Origin: Octopus sinensis
Lineage: Eukaryota
DNA: 64,000 bases
Direction: 5' to 3'
Assembly: GCF_006345805.1 (NCBI RefSeq)
Contig: NW_021835954.1
Coordinates: forward strand, 216,549 to 280,548
Each line of letters begins with the position of its first letter. Within the stretch, counting starts at the first letter, position 1. A program made the translations under genes and the position numbers. Positions 1-10,592 of the stretch are shown here, piece after piece. The notes under the pieces were generated by a model. The model did no database searches and had not been told where the DNA came from. It saw nothing but the letters and a program-made list of their open reading frames with translations.

Positions 1-277
1 TTGTGTCTGACAAGAGCACAAAGAGCATGAGTTGACATCCGATGTACACAGAGTGGGGGAAAAAGAGCTGAGTGGGCACAGACATGATGAGAACAACTCC
101 AAAGGCATAATATTGTGGTGCTGCATGTGTAGAACTGGGTGCGTGCGAAGAAAGAAATTACAGACATTCAAAAGGAGAACCTGTAGCAGAAGCCATGCAA
201 TAAAAACAGGTGAACAATGTGTGTGCATGGAATGTGCAATGCCAATGACCAACGAGAAAATATATTTTTTTAAAAAT

Positions 278-315
278 AGCACTATGACCCGGCAACGCTG
301 GGTCATAGTGCTAGT
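278..315 (-). mobile_element. Head of a Helitron/Helentron-like non-autonomous element with a 13-bp hairpin
   Basis: AGCACTATGACCC-ggcaacgct-GGGTCATAGTGCT is a perfect 13-bp stem (278-312). On the minus strand it reads ACTAGCAC...CCCAGCGTTGCCGGG, matching the heads at 42023 (-) and 54945 (+). The family assignment is inference. Confidence 0.45.
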
Positions 316-950
316 GCATGCATATACAGCTGCGGGCGTGCACACATACACACGGGTACTGTCCAAATCTCCGACCAATCACATACATCTAGCTGGCATT
401 CAATTGGCGTATCAAGTTTCGGGCATTTTGATTGGGTTTTGGATAGAAAATTCACAAAAAAGTCATTTCTATTGATTTTTTAATGGCTTTGCGGAGTGAC
501 TGGGGAAATGTAAAGATGTGCACGACCACCCTTGGACGGTTTTGAATGACCATAGAAAGTGCGAGCCCTCTAACTGAAAAATTGTAGATTTGTATAAAGG
601 ACACACACACACACACACACACACCACACACACACACACACAGACATTTTGCCGTTTATTTATATATAGAGATATAAAACATTCGAAAATATATGCATAT
701 GAATTCAGTTGTTTTATTGAAACGAGTCGTCGCGGAATTGAATGCTACGTCTAAACAAATGAAGTGTAAATAAAACAATATGAAATAAGCAAAAATGACA
801 AACTCGGCTAGAAAGTGTCCTGGTCCTGAAATGCAAAAATAGGTGAATGCAAAGAAAAGTTCAAGTCAATGGCTGTCGAAAACGTTGCGCGTGTGGGCTT
901 CCATAGAGTTATCCGGTTAGTTCTTGTTCGAAAGGCTGTATTTACTTGTG

Positions 951-1329
951 AGTGGAGGCGCAATGGTTAGGGCAGCGGACTCGCGGTCGTAGGATCGCGG
1001 TTTCGATTCCCAGACCGGGCGTTGTGAGTGTTTATTGAGCGAAAACACCTAAAGCTCCACGAGGCTCCGGCAGGGGATGGTGGTGATCCCTGCTGTACTC
1101 TTTCACCACAACTTTCTCTCACTATTACTTCCTGTTTCTGTTGTACCTGTATTTCAAAGGGCCGGCCTTGTCACTCTCTGTGTCACGCTGAATATCCCCG
1201 AGAACTACGTTAAGGGTACACGTGTCTGTGGAGTGCTCAGCCACTTACACGTTAATTTCACGAGCAGGCTGTTCCGTTGATTCGGATCAACCGGAACCCT
1301 CGTCGTCGTAACCGACGGAGTGCTTCCAC
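951..1329 (+). mobile_element. Full-length tRNA-derived SINE with 11-bp target-site duplication
   Basis: tRNA-like head with A-box/B-box-like motifs (TGGAGGCGCAATGG...GGTTTCGATTCCC). TSD ATTTACTTGTG at 940-950 and 1330-1340. A near-identical inverted copy lies at 24405-24791. Confidence 0.85.
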
Positions 1330-1567
1330 ATTTACTTGTGTGAGCGGTTTCTTTGGTGGATCTGTGCCTCGGGTTGCATTGTGTTGGCGAGTTCTTTTCC
1401 TTCGAGTTGTGTGTGACAAGTCGAAACGGAAAGAGTGTACAGTGGAAGTTGTTATTCTTGTCTTCGATGTGACGAGCATGATATGAACGCTGTTATTCTT
1501 GAACACGTCGGGGTCACCAACTGTAGCGGCTAATGTCATGCTTTGGGTTGATATATTGTAACCTTCG

Positions 1568-2246
1568 GTACTTTTTGGTTATCTCACCCCCATTAAAAAA
1601 TTGGGTTATCTCCGCCGTTTTATGAAAAGTATCGGTACTTTTGGTTATCACCCCTAACTAAAAAAAATATTTAACCCTCAATAAAACAAAGAAAAAATTT
1701 TAAAAATTAATAAACATGAAAACGGAAAAAATATAAAGGAAAACTAAGATTAACCATCTTATTGAATCTAATAACATTTTTATAACAAATCATACCCTTC
1801 CTATTGAGGGGGGCAAACGTCAACAATATGTTGAAGTATTGAATCAAAAGGATCTGACCCTTTTAATCCAGTCTCTCGTCGCCAACTCAACTTTTAGTGG
1901 GGAGTGTAGTGTGATGGAGGAAAAGGACAAGATAAAAAGAAGTAAACAGGAGAAAGAAATGCAAAAAGGCCTCACCTGTTGACCTCGGCGAAATCAGCGG
2001 TCACTCTCACGAATTAAACACGTCTTGTCTCACTGCCGTCTCTACTCGAACTGACCCCACGTGCTTCCTGCCCACGTATGCCCTCTGCCTGTGTCACCGG
2101 TCCCTGCAATCCTTACTTCCGTCCACCTCATCTGCAATCCCCTCCACCAACACCACATAGCTCCATCACAGCCCATAACACCACAGGGAGATAACCTAAT
2201 ATTTTAATGGCAATATTTTAATGGGGATGAGATAACCAAAAAGTAC
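1568..2246. mobile_element. MITE-like element with ~45-bp terminal inverted repeats
   Basis: GTACTTTTTGGTTATCTCACCCCCATTAAAAAATTGGGTTATCTCC (1568-1613) is mirrored by GGAGATAACC...ATGGGGATGAGATAACCAAAAAGTAC (2187-2246). No TSD recognised. Confidence 0.55.
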
Positions 2247-2707
2247 TTAGCCGTCTACCAAATGCAGAGTATAGATGTAACGCTTCAAGGTTCTCGCGTT
2301 GGGATACCAGTAAACATCGAAGAATAAACACCAGGAAGGAAGAATTATTATTCACATATGTTTATTTGTTTGCCCGACAGGTAGTTAAAGAGACAGTTGC
2401 GATTCTGGTGATAGTGACAACAAGGATGGCTCGCTGGTTAGTAGTTAATAGTGTACAAAATGGTTGTCTGTCAGTAGAGAATGAAAGAGTAAGGAATGCA
2501 CGGTGCTGACTAGAAAGGAAGAAAGGATAGAGGTGGCATCGTTTTTCTTGCAGCCGAGGAAAGTGCTGCTCTTGGTCATGGCTGATGCAAAAGAGTGTGT
2601 AGCACGATGGCCCGGCTGACATAAAAGAGCGGCCGTTGCTCCTTGGTCGTAGCTGACACATAAGAGGAAGAGATAGGAAACTCTAGAATTTGATTCCAGA
2701 CTAAGAT

Positions 2708-2985
2708 GAAGGTGAGATTTTTTCAGCATGACAGAGATTCATGTCACAGATCACGTGCAACATAACAGAGTCTGTCTAATGAAGGTATTACCATATTGAA
2801 AGATTGGCCAACTCAGAGCTCTAACTTACATATTATCGAGCAAATGTAGACAGAACTAAAGAGAAGGGTTCGTCAGAAGATTCCATGCAATCTTGAAGAG
2901 TGAAGATGGAGAAGGTTTCTACACATCTCTTCCCAGGCGCATTGAAGCAATTATTCAAACTAAGGGAAGCAACACGTAATATTAA
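2708..2985 (+). pseudogene. Tc1-family transposase remnant (C-terminal catalytic region)
   Basis: Manual translation FFQHDRDSCHRSRAT*QSLSNEGITILKDWPTQSSNLHIIEQM*TELKRRV resembles the Tc1 FQQDNAPxH...WPxQSPDLNxIExxW motif. Contains stop codons. Confidence 0.75.
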
Positions 2986-3609
2986 CAATGTACAGTAACT
3001 TCTTGAAATGATCATTATGTAAAAAAATTTCATTATAGGCATTTTTCTGTTTTAAAACATTGTATCTTTATTGGTTTATGTGAGGTGGCCGAAAATTTTT
3101 GCACAGCCATTTTTGGTGGTCATCATGCATCTTCTTCTCTCATTATAACCCTACTGCAAAATATAATGATTAGATATGGAAATTACCCCTACCCCGTCTC
3201 TCTGCCCCATCACTTAGGATCTATCACTACATACCTGACACTCCTTTACTTTTTACACTATTATACCACTCTCTTTCTCTCTCTATCACCCCCCATTCCT
3301 TCTGTCTGACACTCCTTTACTCTTTACTTATCATCTTTTTACACTCTCAAAGCTTTCTTTCTCTATCACCCTCACCTCCACATTCCTACTATCAATTTAT
3401 CTTGACTGACCACTAAATAGTACACTTACCCTCCCTTCATCTCTTTATTATCTCTCTACTTTTTTTTTGTTTTTCTTTTCTTTATTGCTCACTTCCTGTT
3501 TTCGATTTGACCTTACAAATACATTCCCTACTTTTAGATCACTTTAAATAAAACCCTCGATTCAATAGCTCTGCGTACAAACTCTATACTTGGAATGTCC
3601 AATTTTAAA

Positions 3610-4135
3610 TACTATTGGAACTTATAGTAAAATATACGTCAGACGTCGCCCAACCGAGGAATTCCATCCGAAATGCGTGAAAAAGACGACGCAAGCGGGG
3701 GTGGGGTGAAGGTGTAGGCGGCATTTAGTAGCTATGGTGTTGGCCCTCTAGTTAAAGTTGATGGAAAGCTAAATAGTGTAGGTTTTATGAATCTAATAAA
3801 GGATAATGTGCCATATTTGACTCACCAAATGTCTCCGGGGGCTAATTATTAGTGGGACAATAGTCCTGTACACAAATCCAGAAAGGTTATGGAATTGTTT
3901 GATCACCATAATATTGATGTAATCGAATGGCCTCCCCAGAGCCCGAACCTAAATCCGATCGAGAACTTGTGGAATTATGCTAAAAAAAACCATCTAATCT
4001 AAAACAATTATTCGTTTATATCAATAAAATATGGCAAAACATTCCCATAAAATGTTTTAATCACTTAGCGAATTCCATGCCGATGCGTTGTTCACTAGTT
4101 ATTAAGAATGAAGTCTACAACACAAAGTACTAATA
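3610..4135 (+). pseudogene. Tc1-family DD34E transposase remnant
   Basis: Manual translation across frameshifts: YVRRRPTEEFHPKCVKKT / GGGVKV*AAFSSYGVGPLVKVDGKLN...WDNSPVHKS...WPPQSPNLNPIENLW / PSNLKQLF...W...SMPMRC..VI....TKY*. There are 34 residues between D(N) and the E of NPIE. Confidence 0.9.
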
Positions 4136-4807
4136 TGTATTTCGTTCTTGTTGCTAATTTTTGCTACAATCTTAAGCTTTAAATAAAATTATAATGATAC
4201 GGTTTTAGACTAATTTTGCCGGTAAATTTGAAACGTTTATATTAATTATTACTTTATAAGAAATAGAAACTTTATCATCGGTCTTAGATTTATTTAAGTG
4301 TATATAAGTATTCCTTGGTTATATTTAACATAATGGAATATTCCCATAATCTGTTATTTGCATGATAAAATAAACGTTCTCTAGTCAATCGTTTTAATTT
4401 CTTATTTAAGCCTAGTAATCCTCATTACTTCGGCTGCCTCGAATATTCACCATGTTACGCGTGTTACTGGATTTTACCTGGAGAAACCCGTTAAAACTTT
4501 TCTCACACAGCTGTAGGTATGGAATAATACTCTCAATTGCCTCTTTGAATTTGCCTTTATATATTTTATATATTTCAGGTTTATATTTCTATATGCTTAT
4601 CATCAGACTCTTAATATAAATATGTGGATCCTCGAATGGAATAATACCTCATGTCTTACATCTGAATTCTGAATTTGCTTTTCTGAATACTTTAAGACAA
4701 ATATCTGAAATTTTTCTCGGATATCAAATTTATTAATCTTTAGCTAATATACGGGCGAAACAACAGTTGTACTATATACTGAAGCTTTATATCTATTAAA
4801 ATTCTCG

Positions 4808-4855
<48 letters not shown>

Positions 4856-5588
4856 GGTTTCTTCTTTTTTTGCTTGGACACTGGCTTTTAACAATAGGTT
4901 TCCCTTATCTTGTTGAGTGGGATTGCGCCAATGCACAGCCTTTCCTCACTTTTAAAAAAAATCTTCTTGCACAGGCATTGCACGATAACAACATTGATTA
5001 AGCTTCGTGCAATGGCCATACTCGATAACGAGGGCGCAGCCACCATGTATGTATGTATCTTTACTGATATATATATATATATACCTATTTATTTTTATAT
5101 GCATACATACATGCGCGCATATAAACATGTGTGTCTGTGTGCACGTGCGTGACTCAAATTGCAACATAGTGCAACGTTCACATTATATTTTTGTGTTTAT
5201 ACAATCAATAATATTAATACGCTAACTTTTTTTGTACGTACCTGTTGTCAGCGTCACATTTCTTTGAAGTGGCAAAGCGAGAGAAAAAGAGAGTAAGAGA
5301 GAAAAAGAGAGTGTGAAAGAGACATCAGTGGTGATGGCGTTCGTATTGTGCTTTTAAATGTTTCAGAGAGGAAGTAAAAAAGAAAGGAAGAGAGTGAGAG
5401 AGAATGAAAGAGAGAGTGAGTGGTGGCAGCGTTCGTTTTGTATTTTCAAATGTTTATTACATCTCAAGAGAAGTAGAGACCCGGGTACATAGACACAACA
5501 AATGTTGGCTGTCAGTTTCACTTTTCATTATCACACGAGAATAAAATTAACTTACAAATGGCTGAGTACTCCACAGCTACAACTCGAG

Positions 5589-5625
<37 letters not shown>

Positions 5626-5723
5626 TACATACATACATATATATATATATATATTCCACTGTAACTAGGTAAATAAAATCTTCGAACAAACGGTCAGTAG
5701 CGACACCTGCGGGTCTGACTACG

Positions 5724-5764
5724 CTGCATTGATAAAGGGCAACAACCCTGAAACATGTCTGCAG
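5724..5764 (+). ncRNA. Minimal type I hammerhead-ribozyme-like motif with degenerate core
   Basis: CTGCA | TTGATAA | AGGG-caacaa-CCCT | GAAAC-AT-GTC | TGCAG. Stem I has 5 perfect bp, stem II 4 bp, stem III is palindromic with a GUC site. The core differs from CUGAUGA at two positions. Confidence 0.6.
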
Positions 5765-5985
5765 ATATCTGACTAGTAAGGTGAAGCGGCTGACCTCCTC
5801 TGTTCGAAGGTTTGTAATGGACGCAGGTTCGTGTGTCAAATAGCTAGCTAGAGGCGATGGCCTCTTGGAGCTAATCAGCGACAGCTTTAGTCTTATATTT
5901 ATAGACTACCATATTAGTATGGTGATAACTATTAATATCCAGTAACGCTGCCGTAATCTCCTTTAGAGAGACTTAGTAATTTTAA

Positions 5986-6016
<31 letters not shown>

Positions 6017-6529
6017 GAATGTATTTGCGTGTGGGTATAGTATGGGTTAGTTAAATATGTTTGCAATAAGAGTCGCGTGGTAGAAATAAAGGCAATTACC
6101 AAACTTTTAATCATAAATCCATTTATTATTTCATTCTTTTGTATTTCAATTTGTACATTTGTTGGATCTTGCAGGCATGAAGTGGATTCGATCCACCATA
6201 GCCAAATTTAAATTAACAGTTCAGCAGAACTTTTTTCACAATAAAGCAACAGTTTTTCTGTGACAGCAGTTTTACATTTGCCAGATTGCCTTAGCTTGAC
6301 CGAAATAATGTCTTCACCACTTGACCCTTATAACCTCTTCTACTTCACCAAAAGCTAGAATAGAGATATCACAGTACCACCAACGAAGCCCATTGTTCTC
6401 AACGATATGTCTATCCTTCTGGATAGTTATAAAAGCAAGAACCCCTTAGAAAAAAAACCAGTAGTCACTTGGTAACAAATGAGTGAGTCGACTGGTGACA
6501 ACTCAAACAGTTAGGGAACGGACCGCTAG

Positions 6530-7920
6530 AATCATGATCCGAGAAAACTTTCCAGGTTTCCGACCAAATTTGCAGGAGTCACGGGAATCCCCAGAACTTT
6601 CTGTTAAATGCTCGGAACTTTCCAGAAAACTTCCGACCAATTTTCCAGGTTGGGGGAATCCCGGAAATTTCGATGAAAGCCTCGGAATTTTCCAGGAAGA
6701 TTCCGACCAATTTTCGAGGATATTGAAAGATTACTGGAATGTTTAGTGGAACACTATGAACTATCCAGGAAGCTTCCGAATAATCTTCCAGGAACTTGGA
6801 GAATCCGCGGAACTTTCCATGAAACACTCGGAAATTTTCATGAAGTTTCCCACAAAATTTCCAGGAGATTAGGGAATCACCGGAACGTTCCAGGAAGTTT
6901 CTGGTCGAATTTACAGGAGTCAGTGGGAATCCCTGGAACTTTCTCCTAGATTATCGGATCTTTCCAGAAATTTCTGACCAATTTTCCAGGAGGTTGGGGG
7001 TTCCCCGGAACTTTACATGAAATCCTCGGAATATTCCAGGAAGATTCCGGCCAATTTTCGAGGAAGTTGGGATATCCCTGGAAGGTTCCATGCAGTCCTC
7101 GGAACTATCCAGAAAGTTTCCGATCAATTTTCCAGGAACTTGGAGAATCCCCGGAAATTTCCATGAAATCCTCGGAAATTTTCAAGAAGATATAACCGGA
7201 ACTTTCAATGAAATCCTTGGAACTTTCCAGGAATTTTCCAGGATGTTAGGGAATCCCGGAGCATTCCATGAAATCCTAGGGATTTTTCGGGAAGTTTCCA
7301 ACAAATTCGCCAGGAAGTTGGGGAATCCCCGGAACTTCCCATGAAATCCTCGGAATTTTCCGGGAAGTTTCCAACCAATTTACCAGGTAGTTGGGTGAAT
7401 TCTCGGAACTTACCATGAAATCCTCCGAACATGCAAGAAAGTTTCCGATCAAATTTCCAGGAAGTTGTGGGAATCCCCGGAATTGACCATGAAATCCTCG
7501 GAACTTTCAAGGAACTTTCCGATCAATTTTCCAGGAAGTTGGGAATCCTAGGATCTTTCCAAGAAATCCTCGGAACTTTCCAGAAGTATCTGACCAATTT
7601 TCTATGTAAATTGCGGATTCCCCGAAACTTTCCAAGAAATCCTCGGTGCTTTGCAGGAAGATTCAGACCAAATTTCCATGAAGTCGAGAGAATCCCCAGA
7701 ACTTTCCATGGAATCCTCGGACCTTTCCAGGAAGTTTCCGACCAATTTTTCAAGAAGTCGGGGCAACCTTGGAACTTTTCATGAAATTCTAGGGACATTC
7801 AAGGAAGTTTCTGACCAAATTTCCCCGGAACTTTCCATGAAATCCTCGGAATTTTTCACGAAGTTTTCGACCAATTTTCAAGGAAGTTAGAAAGTCCTCG
7901 GAACTTCCCAGGAAGTTTTC
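6530..7920. repeat. Minisatellite, ~72-74 bp unit built from GGAANTTTCC-like subrepeats, ~19 units
   Basis: Recurring GGGAATCCCCGGAACTTTCCATGAAATCCTCGGAACTTTCCAGGAAGTTTCCGACCAATTTTCCAGGAAGTT. GAAT anchors at 7323, 7397 and 7471 are 74 bp apart. Confidence 0.9.
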
Positions 7921-7924
7921 AGCC

Positions 7925-8930
7925 TTTGGCGAACAACTAGGTCGTTTTATGTATCTCGTTTAGCGAAACGCTACGTCATTTTATATATCTCGTATCGCGA
8001 AACGCTACGTCATTTTATCGATCTCGTTTAACGAATTGCTAAGTCATTTTTCGATCTCGTTTGACAAACAGCTACATCAATTCATCGATCTCGTTTGGCG
8101 AACAACCAAGTCAATTTACCGATCTCGATTGTTGAACCGCTACGTCATTTTATCGATCTCGTTTGTAGAACCGCGAAGTCATTTTATCGATCTCATTTGG
8201 CGAACCCTTAAGTCATTTTATCGATCTCGTTTGGTGAACCGCTACGTCAGTTTATCGATCTCATTTTGCGAACCAAAACGTCATTTCATCGATCTCGTTT
8301 GGCGGAACGCTACGTCATTTTATCGATCTAATGTCAAAACATTGTCATTTCATCGATTTCCTTTGGCGAATCGCTACGTCATTTTATCGATTTCGTTTGG
8401 GGAACCGCTACGGCATTTTATCGATCTGGTATAGCGATCCGCGACGTCATTTTATCGATCTCGTTTGTCAAACCTTAAAGTCAATTTAGCGATCTCGTTT
8501 GGAAAACTGCTACGGCAATTTATCGATCACGTCGAACCACTAGGTTTTTTTTGCCGATCTCGTTTAGCGAATCGCTAAGTCATTTTCTCGAAACCGTTTT
8601 GCGAACCGCTACGTCAGTTTAACGATTTCGTTTGGCGAACAGCTACGTCATTTTATCAATATCGTCTAGCGAACCGCTACGTCATTTTATCGATCTCGTT
8701 CGGCGAGCCGCTACGTCATTTTATCGATCTTGTTTGTCGAAACGCTAAGTCATTTTATCGATTTCGTTTGGCGAACCGCTACGTCAATTTATCGATATCG
8801 ATTGGTGAACCGCTACGTCATTGTAACGATCCCGTTTGGCAAACCGCTACGTCATTTTATTGATCTCGTTTGTCGAAATGCTACATAGTTTTCTCAATCT
8901 CGTTTGGTTAAACGCTACGTCATTTTATTC
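7925..8930. repeat. 34-bp CpG-rich minisatellite, ~30 units
   Basis: Unit TTTTATCGATCTCGTTTGGCGAACCGCTACGTCA. CTACGTCA occurs at 8643 and 8677. Units are contiguous with no spacers. Confidence 0.92.
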
Positions 8931-8943
8931 CATCTCTTACGGG

Positions 8944-9296
8944 ACTCCTCTTTGAACAATATCGGCACAATCTTCGATCTCCTTCGGCAATCCTCTTTGA
9001 TCTCCTTCAGCACTCGTCTTTGATCTCTTTAAGCACTCTCTTTAATCTCTTTCGGCACCCTCTTTGATCTCTGTCAGCAGGCTCTTTGACCTCTGTCGGC
9101 GACCTCTTTGATCTCTGTCGGCATCCTCTTTGATCTCCGTCAACACTCCTCTTTGATCTCCGTCGGCGCCCTCTTTGATCTATGTCGGCGCCCTCTTTGA
9201 TCTATGTCGGCACCCTCTTTGATCTCTGTCGGCGCCCTTTTTGATCTATGTCGGCACCCTCTTTGATCTCTGTCGGCACACTCTTTGATATCCGTC
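8944..9296. repeat. 23-bp minisatellite, left block (~15 units)
   Basis: Unit TCCTCTTTGATCTCTGTCGGCA(C/T), the same family as 18170-21919. Confidence 0.9.
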
Positions 9297-9688
9297 ATAA
9301 TAATGATAATTATTATTATTATTATTATCATTATTATTATAATTATTATTGTAATTATTATTATTATTATTAATATTATTATTATCATTATTATTATTAT
9401 TATTTTTAATATTATTATTATTATAATTATGAATATTATTATTATTATTATTATTATTTTATTATTATCATTATTATCATTATTATCTTTCTTCTTCTTC
9501 TTATCATTATTATTATTATTATTATTATTATCATTTTTATTATAAGTATTATTATTAATAATAATATTATTATTATTATTATTAATATTATTATTATTAT
9601 TATTTTTATTATCGTTATTATTATTATTATTATTATTATTAATATTATTATTATCATTATTATTATTATCATTAGTATAATTATTATG

Positions 9689-9727
<39 letters not shown>

Positions 9728-10081
9728 ATTATTATTAATATTATCGTTATTGTTATTATCATTATCATTAATATTATCGTTATTGTTATTATCATTATCA
9801 TTAATGTTATTATTAATATTATTATTATTATTATCGTTATTATTATTATTATTATTATTAATATTATGACTATTATAATCGTTATTATTATTATTAATAT
9901 TAATATTATTATTATTATTATAGTTATTATTATTATTATCATTATTATTATATTATTATCATTATCATTATTATATTATTATTATCATTTTTATTATAAG
10001 TATTATTATTAATAATAATATTATTATTATTATTATTAATATTATTATTATTTTATTATTATTATTATTATTTTTATTATC

Positions 10082-10114
<33 letters not shown>

Positions 10115-10159
10115 ATTATTATTATTATTATTATTATTATCATTAGTATAATTATTATG

Positions 10160-10195
<36 letters not shown>

Positions 10196-10392
10196 ATTAT
10201 ATTAATATTATTATTAATATTATCGTTATTGTTATTATCATTATCATTAATATTATCGTTATTGTTATTATCATTATCATTAATATTATTATTAATATTA
10301 TTATTATTATCGTTATTATTATTATTATTAATATTATGACTATTATAATCGTTATTATTATTATTAATATTAATATTATTATTATTATTATA

Positions 10393-10424
<32 letters not shown>

Positions 10425-10495
10425 CATCATTATTATTATTATCATTCTTATTATTATTCTTATAATGATTATTATTATTATTATTACCGTTATTA

Positions 10496-10529
<34 letters not shown>

Positions 10530-10592
10530 ATTATTATTACAATTATTATAATCATTATAATCATTCTTCTTCTTATTATTATTATTATTATT
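9297..10592. repeat. Long imperfect (ATT)n microsatellite with internal ~460-bp duplication
   Basis: Diagnostic interruptions recur: TTTTATTATAAGTATT near 9536 and 9990, and CATTAGTATAATTATTATG at 9671 and 10141. Confidence 0.9.

Noticed and set aside
32-475. 147-aa ORF at the window start
   Set aside because: It runs antisense through a Helitron-like head hairpin and adjacent repeat sequence, and shows no recognisable protein features.
951-1020. tRNA genes at SINE heads
   Set aside because: The tRNA-like segments lack a complete acceptor stem and continue into repeated SINE bodies with TSDs.
4560-4612. Hammerhead-like CTGATGA...GAAATATA on the minus strand
   Set aside because: The core is canonical but stems I and II do not pair convincingly.
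7925-8930. 34-bp repeats as a CRISPR array
   Set aside because: Units are contiguous with no unique spacers, there are no cas genes, and the context is eukaryotic.
9285-10551. Poly-Ile, poly-Leu and poly-Tyr ORFs
   Set aside because: Translations of (ATT)n. The same applies to the YI, HT, CV and YLSI ORFs across the window.
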